Source: a virus (Duplodnaviria; Caudoviricetes). From it: a DNA stretch of 42,451 nucleotides. The stretch covers positions 1 through 42,451 of IMG/VR virus record IMGVR_UViG_3300048762_000095. One strand, given 5' to 3'. Shown here piece after piece: positions 37,405-42,451 of the stretch; within the stretch, counting starts at the first letter, position 1; each line of letters starts with the position of its first letter. Both the position numbers and the translations under genes were made by a program. Below the pieces are notes generated by a model. That model did not search any database. It saw only the letters and a program-made list of their open reading frames with translations, and was not told where the DNA came from.

Positions 37405-37850
37405 AATATTTGCGACAGCAAATAACCACTTCGGAAGTGGTTTAAAAAAGTGAAACTTGTGAATTCTTTAGTTATTTGTAGATAGGTTAATCTGACAAAT
37501 CAGTAAGTTTTTTAATTTGCTAACAGCAAATATCCCCTTTCAGGGGATTAAATACATGGAACATTTTTCTTCTCTAATTATTCATTTGAAACGAGGGTTT
37601 CCGAGAGAAGCTACAATTCTCCCTACTCAAAGGGAGAACAGTATAAAATTTAGTTATTTTTGGGGTTGCGGTTTCCTTATAAACCCCGTGTTTTATACTT
37701 TCGGCATAAATGCCTACGGTCGTGGCTTCAATTACGATATTCCTTCGCCACCCATCGCTGTGTTTTTGTTGAGTTCGGCACGTCCTTATTCAGGTTTATT
37801 ACGTCTTATCTGTCTTTTAAAGACAACTTTTTCTCCGTCTAACTCATATC
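37405..37850. ncRNA. Hairpin-dense non-coding tract: candidate structured RNA or replication origin
   Basis: Multiple perfect stems (37408-37423, 37424-37442, 37515-37531, 37532-37548, ~37616-37638, 37641-37699); no credible ORF. Confidence 0.45.
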
Positions 37851-37912
37851 CTTATCAATAACTTTAGGATACTTTACTTTTATTTATAAAAATTTTAAGA
37901 TACCTTATTTAT

Positions 37913-38030
37913 AAAAAAATACCGTCTCTTGTGGTGTAGAAGCTTAACATAAGAATGTTAGAAGTGAGTTTTTTAAACTCTCACAAAAGACGGCAAACTT
38001 TAATCTTCTTATTCTAAGATTCTACAACCA
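37913..38030 (-). promoter_or_regulatory. Terminator/antiterminator-like leader
   Basis: Stem 37982-37993/37922-37933 followed by a U7 tract; competing ~24-nt imperfect stem 38006-38030/37932-37955. Confidence 0.55.
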
Positions 38031-38078
38031 TAATTACAATAAATTTTTTAAATTGTGAAACTTTTTTAATTTTCTAAA

Positions 38079-38107
38079 AAGATACATGAACTTTGTGAGT
38101 TTGTCAA
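38079..38107 (-). promoter_or_regulatory. sigma70-type promoter TTGACA-17-TATCTT (TG before -10) driving the non-coding leader
   Basis: -35 at 38102-38107, -10 at 38079-38084. Confidence 0.65.
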
Positions 38108-38207
38108 GCAATTTTTCATCTTTTTGTTAAAAAACATGATAATCGAATAAAAATATCTATTTTGGGTTATACTATATATAATATGATGAGTGTAAATATC
38201 TAATTGT

Positions 38208-38546
38208 ATGATTTTTTTAATATTAAACATCGTGGTGGCATTATATTTAATGTATAATACCGACGCAATTCCAGAATATATTAAATTATTTAATATTAAA
38301 TCATTGAAGTATGAAGAGTATTTTAAGGCTAATGGGCCGATTAAATTAAATTATTTAGAGTTTTTATCGGTAAAAAAGCCATGTTTTATTTTAAATTTAT
38401 TATCTTGTCCAATTTGCTCGTCTGTTTGGCTTTGCGGCATAACGTGCCTATTTTTTAGTTCTCTTAAATATTTAGGCGGAGAAATCTCATGTGTTTGGTT
38501 ATTATATTTTGGACTAAAGAAAATTTTAAACAAATTCAATGAATAA
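38208..38546 (+). CDS. Small membrane protein with CPIC motif (DUF1360-like)
   Basis: Hydrophobic segments and LLSCPICSSVW; preceded by AGTGTAA. Confidence 0.65.
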   Translation: MIFLILNIVVALYLMYNTDAIPEYIKLFNIKSLKYEEYFKANGPIKLNYLEFLSVKKPCFILNLLSCPICSSVWLCGITCLFFSSLKYLGGEISCVWLLYFGLKKILNKFNE

Positions 38547-39012
38547 TATTATTTTTGACAGAATTAAAAAACAGACAGAAGATAATATTCGTTTAAATAA
38601 AGTGACAACCGCCATTGATAATATTGTGGCGCATCAAAAACAGACACCAATTCCACCCACCGAACTTCAAACCACATTAGAAAATTTGTTTTTAACAGAA
38701 AAAATAGAGGAAAGCAAGCCAATCGAATCACTAAATATCATTTTTCCAGATTTATTTCATTTTTGCGAATGGTATGGAAATAATAAAACAAAATTTACTG
38801 AAATTCAGCAAAAAGCACTTGGAACACTAGTAGAGGCTAGAGATTTAATTAATGTGGGTTGCGCGTGTAAACGACAACAAAGATTAAATGCGGCCAATAA
38901 TTACTTTAAAATATTCTGGGACAATAATCAGAAAAACGATTTGATCCCCACTGTACTAAAAATTTCTGGCACAAAAAGCGTAGAGTTTGGCGATTTTCTA
39001 AGATTCCCATAA
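38539..39012 (+). CDS. Hypothetical protein (GCACKR motif)
   Basis: 157-aa ORF overlapping the previous stop. Confidence 0.68.
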   Translation: MNNIIFDRIKKQTEDNIRLNKVTTAIDNIVAHQKQTPIPPTELQTTLENLFLTEKIEESKPIESLNIIFPDLFHFCEWYGNNKTKFTEIQQKALGTLVEARDLINVGCACKRQQRLNAANNYFKIFWDNNQKNDLIPTVLKISGTKSVEFGDFLRFP

Positions 39013-39029
39013 AAAATAGTATTTTATAC

Positions 39030-39058
39030 TTGATCTCTTCCTAAAATTACTGTAAGAT
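39030..39058 (+). promoter_or_regulatory. sigma70-type promoter TTGATC-17-TAAGAT upstream of nrdD
   Basis: -35 at 39030-39035, TG then -10 at 39053-39058. Confidence 0.55.
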
Positions 39059-39071
39059 AGTTCATACATAT

Positions 39072-41246
39072 ATGATAGTAAAAAAGACTAACGGAGAATT
39101 TGAGGATTACGACATTTTAAAGATTAAAAGAACGATAGAGTTTGCATATACATCGGTGAATGAAAAGCCAGAATTGGGAGTTATAAATAATATAATCTCC
39201 AATCTTTTTATTTACGAAAATATTGAAACTAAAGAAATACGCAAGCAAATAGAGGAAATGTTGATGTCGATCAATAAAAAGGTTGCAAAATCATATATTA
39301 GTTTGTATAGTAAAATTGCCGAGGGAAAGCGACAACTTGACAAAAAATCTAATTTTATTTACAATTACATAAAATCTTCTAATGCGGCAACTGGTTCTTC
39401 GTTTGATTCCAATGCCAACGTAAACAATAAAAACGTTGTTACAATGGGGCAGGAATTATACAAAGATAATAACATTAAACAAAATAGATGGATGTTACAT
39501 GATAAAATAAAATCTTTATTCTCACACAAATTAGCCGATAATTACATTTCTGATTTAGAGTCTCACCTTTTATATAAACATGACGAAACCGCTATTCCAG
39601 GAATTCCTTATTGTGTCTCTATTACAATGTATCCATTTTTAATGAATGGATTAAAGGGGTTGGGCGGTATATCTACTGCACCGACCGACTTAAAATCATT
39701 TTGTGGAGAATTCATTAATCTTGTTTATTCTATCTCTTCTCAATTTGCTGGCGCAGTTGCAACACCAGAATTTCTAATGTATATGGACTACTTTATTAGA
39801 AAAGACTATGGAGACAACTATTTATCAAAACTAAATACAGTTTTTGATAACAGCAAAAAACAAAGAACATTAGAAAAAATAATTGAGAACAGTTTTCAAC
39901 AAATTGTTCATTCTATGAATATGCCAGCGGGAAACCGTGGTTATCAATCAGTTTTCTGGAATATTGGCTATTTTGACTCAAATTATTTTAAAGGTATTTT
40001 TGGTGACTTTATCTTTCCAGATGGAAGTAAACCATCATGGGAGACTACTTCATGGTTGCAAATGAAATTTATGAAGTGGTTTAACAAAGAAAGAAATAAA
40101 TATGTATTAACTTTCCCTGTCGAAACCATGGCATTATTGAGCGACAAACATGATATTTTAGACAAAGAATATGCCGATTTTGCATCGGAAATGTGGGGAG
40201 AAGGACATTCGTTTTTTTGTTATATTTCTGATTCTCCAGATTCTTTAAGTTCTTGTTGCAGGTTACGAAGTTCATTGAAAGATACAGAAGACAAGGAACA
40301 CAACCACACAACTCATCAATTTTCAATGGGGACAGCCTCGGTCGCTACTGGATCAAAATCAGTAATGACTATTAATTTAAATCAACTAGTCCAAGATTCA
40401 ATACTCGGCTCTATTAAAACCTCTAAATTTGAAGGAAATATCAGGACATATTATACAAACAATAGAGATTTGTGTAACAAATCTATACGAGAAAGCCTTT
40501 CGTGTGTAGTTGATCGCGTCCAAAAATACCAAATTGCTTTTAACGATATTATTAAGGATTTTTTTGGGGCAAAGATGTTAGATGTTTATAGCGCTGGATT
40601 TATTAATCTAAAACAACAATATTTGACTATTGGAGTTAATGGTTTAACTGATGCCGCTGAGTTTTTGGGTATTGATGTCTCTGTAAATGATGAATATGAA
40701 TTTTTTGTCAACAATATTCTTGAGACAATAAATATTTGCAATAAAAAAGCCTATACAAAAGAGACAATGTTCAATACGGAATTTGTCCCAGGAGAAAATT
40801 TGTCTGCCAAAAACTATATTTGGAATAAAAAGGCAAATTATTTTGTTTCCGATAAGCACGATATGTATAGCTCTTACTTTTTTAATCCAGAGGACAAAAA
40901 AATAAGCGTCTTAGACAAGATGAAACTACATGGAGAAAAATATGTTAAATATCTGGACGGAGGATCTGCTTGTCACCTTAATTTAAATGAGCATTTGTCT
41001 CAAGAACAATACCGTAAGATGTTAAAGGTTGCGGTGGACTTTGGAACAAATTATTTTACTTTTAATATTAAGAATACCGTTTGTAATAATTGTGGATTTA
41101 TTAGCAAACACACATTAGAAATTTGTCCTAAATGTAAAAGTAAAGATTTAGATTATATGACTCGAATTATTGGATATTTAAAAAGAGTGTCGAGTTTTAG
41201 CGAAGTCCGTCAAAAGGAAGAATCGGTACGTGCATATAATGATTAA
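39072..41246 (+). CDS. nrdD: Anaerobic (class III) ribonucleoside-triphosphate reductase with ATP cone
   Basis: N-terminal ATP cone, YKHD..PYC, SSCCRL, PGEN, CNNC..CPKC, glycyl-radical motif TRIIGY. Confidence 0.95.
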   Translation: MIVKKTNGEFEDYDILKIKRTIEFAYTSVNEKPELGVINNIISNLFIYENIETKEIRKQIEEMLMSINKKVAKSYISLYSKIAEGKRQLDKKSNFIYNYIKSSNAATGSSFDSNANVNNKNVVTMGQELYKDNNIKQNRWMLHDKIKSLFSHKLADNYISDLESHLLYKHDETAIPGIPYCVSITMYPFLMNGLKGLGGISTAPTDLKSFCGEFINLVYSISSQFAGAVATPEFLMYMDYFIRKDYGDNYLSKLNTVFDNSKKQRTLEKIIENSFQQIVHSMNMPAGNRGYQSVFWNIGYFDSNYFKGIFGDFIFPDGSKPSWETTSWLQMKFMKWFNKERNKYVLTFPVETMALLSDKHDILDKEYADFASEMWGEGHSFFCYISDSPDSLSSCCRLRSSLKDTEDKEHNHTTHQFSMGTASVATGSKSVMTINLNQLVQDSILGSIKTSKFEGNIRTYYTNNRDLCNKSIRESLSCVVDRVQKYQIAFNDIIKDFFGAKMLDVYSAGFINLKQQYLTIGVNGLTDAAEFLGIDVSVNDEYEFFVNNILETINICNKKAYTKETMFNTEFVPGENLSAKNYIWNKKANYFVSDKHDMYSSYFFNPEDKKISVLDKMKLHGEKYVKYLDGGSACHLNLNEHLSQEQYRKMLKVAVDFGTNYFTFNIKNTVCNNCGFISKHTLEICPKCKSKDLDYMTRIIGYLKRVSSFSEVRQKEESVRAYND

Positions 41247-41697
41247 ATATTGTAATAGTAGTATTGTCTTTGGTGAGATTCCAGATGAAATTTCATTGTG
41301 TCTATTTATAAGCAATTGCCAAAACAATTGCCAAGGATGTCATAGTTCATTTCTTCAAAAAGATATTGGAGATATATTGGATAATAATGTTCTTGATGAA
41401 TTAATAAAGAAAAATAAAGGAATATCTTGTGTTCTTTTTATGGGCGAAGGGAATAACGTTAATAATTTGATTGGTTTGGCAAAATATGTAAAAGAAAGGT
41501 ATTTATTAAAAGTTGCATTGTATAGTGGAAGAGATACCGTAGAAGAATACTTTTATAGTTTTTGGGATTATCTTAAAATAGGGCATTATGATAAGTCTTT
41601 CGGCCCATTGAACTGTAGTTCAACTAATCAAAAAATGTTCCAAATAACCTATAAAAACATTACAGATATTACTAAAAGATTCTTGACTTCGCCCTAA
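41239..41697 (+). CDS. nrdG: NrdD activating radical-SAM enzyme
   Basis: EIPDEISL, CQNNCQGCH (CxxxCxxC), GEG, YSG, K.G.Y, TNQ; start re-assigned to ATG 41239. Confidence 0.92.
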   Translation: MIKYCNSSIVFGEIPDEISLCLFISNCQNNCQGCHSSFLQKDIGDILDNNVLDELIKKNKGISCVLFMGEGNNVNNLIGLAKYVKERYLLKVALYSGRDTVEEYFYSFWDYLKIGHYDKSFGPLNCSSTNQKMFQITYKNITDITKRFLTSP

Positions 41698-41711
41698 AAA
41701 AGATGTAATCT
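41683..41711 (+). promoter_or_regulatory. sigma70-type promoter TTGACT-17-TAATCT, 6 nt upstream of ATG 41718
   Basis: -35 at 41683-41688, -10 at 41706-41711. Confidence 0.7.
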
Positions 41712-41717
41712 CTTCCT

Positions 41718-41819
41718 ATGAATCCCTCCGAAATCACACTCGCCAACCTGACGCACACAGTCGGGGTTGGCTCCAGCGTCTTGTTAGGCATCACGGGCGT
41801 AGGCACAAATTTAGTGTAA
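41718..41819 (+). CDS. 33-aa peptide that reads through an attC half-site
   Basis: MNPSEITLANLTHTVGVGSSVLLGITGVGTNLV*, directly after the promoter. Confidence 0.4.
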   Translation: MNPSEITLANLTHTVGVGSSVLLGITGVGTNLV

Positions 41820-41828
41820 TAAAAACCA

Positions 41829-42008
41829 ATGAACGATAATATATTAAATCTCAAAAACTACAAAGAAACGCTTATCAATAATGACGAATTCCTTCTTCAT
41901 CATGTCACGTCTGAAAGTGATGAATCATATATTGAAGAATGTAACTTTATAAAAAAGATACCTACTCAAGAACCAGACGCTTCTCTGCCATTGCCGTCAA
42001 CGCGTTAA
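41829..42008 (+). CDS. Small acidic hypothetical protein (59 aa)
   Basis: MNDNILNLKNY...; preceded by AGTGTAA; overlaps the 3' end of the minus-strand ORF. Confidence 0.35.
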   Translation: MNDNILNLKNYKETLINNDEFLLHHVTSESDESYIEECNFIKKIPTQEPDASLPLPSTR

Positions 42009-42201
42009 TGATTTCGGTCTTTACCGCCCAAAACATAGACACTCTCTGTGAATCAGAAAGCGGAGATTCAAAATGCAGGGCGTCTTTATTGGCGAGGACA
42101 ATATTCAAATGAGCAATCTTATCTTGTCCAAACTCGAACTTTACATGGCGAACATCTGCCACTGAAAATTCTTTGTCTTCGATTTTGATTATGTATTTCA
42201 T
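41962..42201 (-). CDS. Cassette-borne hypothetical protein (79 aa)
   Basis: MKYIIKIEDKEF...LVLE; ATG lies just inside the GTTAGGCATCA box. Confidence 0.6.
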   Translation of the reverse strand: MKYIIKIEDKEFSVADVRHVKFEFGQDKIAHLNIVLANKDALHFESPLSDSQRVSMFWAVKTEIINALTAMAEKRLVLE

Positions 42202-42328
42202 AAATGGTGTGATGTAATGATGCCTAACGAAAAAAGCTGAGCCACCGCGCACCTAAATCTATGCAAACCCAAATCTCTTGCGAACCATTGGAGCCATATA
42301 CTAAACGCCGATAAGAAGGAATCTGAAA

Positions 42329-42451
42329 GTCAACAACATCTACCCTAAAGGGATAGATGCTTGTAAGCTACCGAAGCCTACGATTGGCGAGTTGACTTTC
42401 GCCTGCCATGCATAATAATTACTTATTGAGCATGGGAGTTTGGAACGTAGA
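42329..42451 (-). mobile_element. tnpB: Probable right end of an IS200/IS605 element: TnpB C-terminal tail plus right-end hairpin (partial)
   Basis: Open minus-strand frame ...RSKLPCSISNYYAWQAKVNSPIVGFGSLQASIPLG* ending at 42340; hairpin catcta-ccc-taaa-ggg-a-tagatg; terminal gttgac. Confidence 0.55.

Larger units (their letters stand above)
41769..42243 (-). mobile_element. Integron-like gene cassette bounded by attC half-sites
   Basis: Minus strand reads GCTCAGC-N7-GTTAGGCATCA, then an ORF, then TGATGCCTAAC-N5-GCTGGAGC; 11-bp complementary R boxes and an extra base in L''. Confidence 0.65.

Noticed and set aside
37517-37861. Plus-strand ORFs of 114 aa and 60 aa in the structured intergenic tract
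   Set aside because: TTG starts, atypical composition, and they coincide with dense hairpins; more likely non-coding
451-40859. Numerous short antisense or alternate-frame ORFs in the track (e.g. 1202-1501, 12407-12697, 22759-23100, 35626-35943, 40081-40326)
   Set aside because: They lie on top of well-supported genes and show no motifs; shadow ORFs
41672-41854. 60-aa minus-strand ORF containing PNKTLEPT
   Set aside because: The peptide is simply the translation of the attC R''-L'' box, and the ORF overlaps nrdG and a promoter
1-42451. CRISPR array, tRNA or rRNA genes
   Set aside because: No regularly spaced direct repeats and no cloverleaf or rRNA signatures were seen by eye
1-42451. Stop-codon reassignment
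   Set aside because: Conserved genes are full-length in the standard code, and TAA, TGA and TAG all occur as gene ends

Overview
AT-rich segment of a large (probably jumbo) dsDNA tailed-phage genome read in the standard genetic code. A long minus-strand block (~11.4-37.3 kb) holds a replication module: DnaE split into a separate PHP gene and a catalytic gene with an intein, a DEDDh exonuclease, a PD-(D/E)XK nuclease, primase, DnaB helicase, and RecA with a class-3-type intein. The same block holds a ~10-gene sugar-modification cluster, a sigma factor, a DUF5664 purine-dNTP diphosphohydrolase and several intact or decayed homing endonucleases. Two giant Ser/Gly/Asn/Tyr-rich genes (1550 and 1637 aa, one with an Ig-like domain) lie on the opposite strand. 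nrdD/nrdG lie near the right end. The most unusual signals are: (i) a protein that aligns motif-for-motif with plant Whirly ssDNA-binding proteins (1000-1569); (ii) an integron-type gene cassette bounded by attC half-sites (41769-42243), next to the probable 3' end of an IS200/IS605 tnpB element; (iii) a ~450-nt hairpin-dense non-coding tract with an upstream terminator/antiterminator-like switch at the strand-switch point (37405-38107); and (iv) two promoter classes, sigma70 promoters giving near-leaderless mRNAs and an AGTGTAW motif. All family calls come from motif recognition by eye; no database searches were run.
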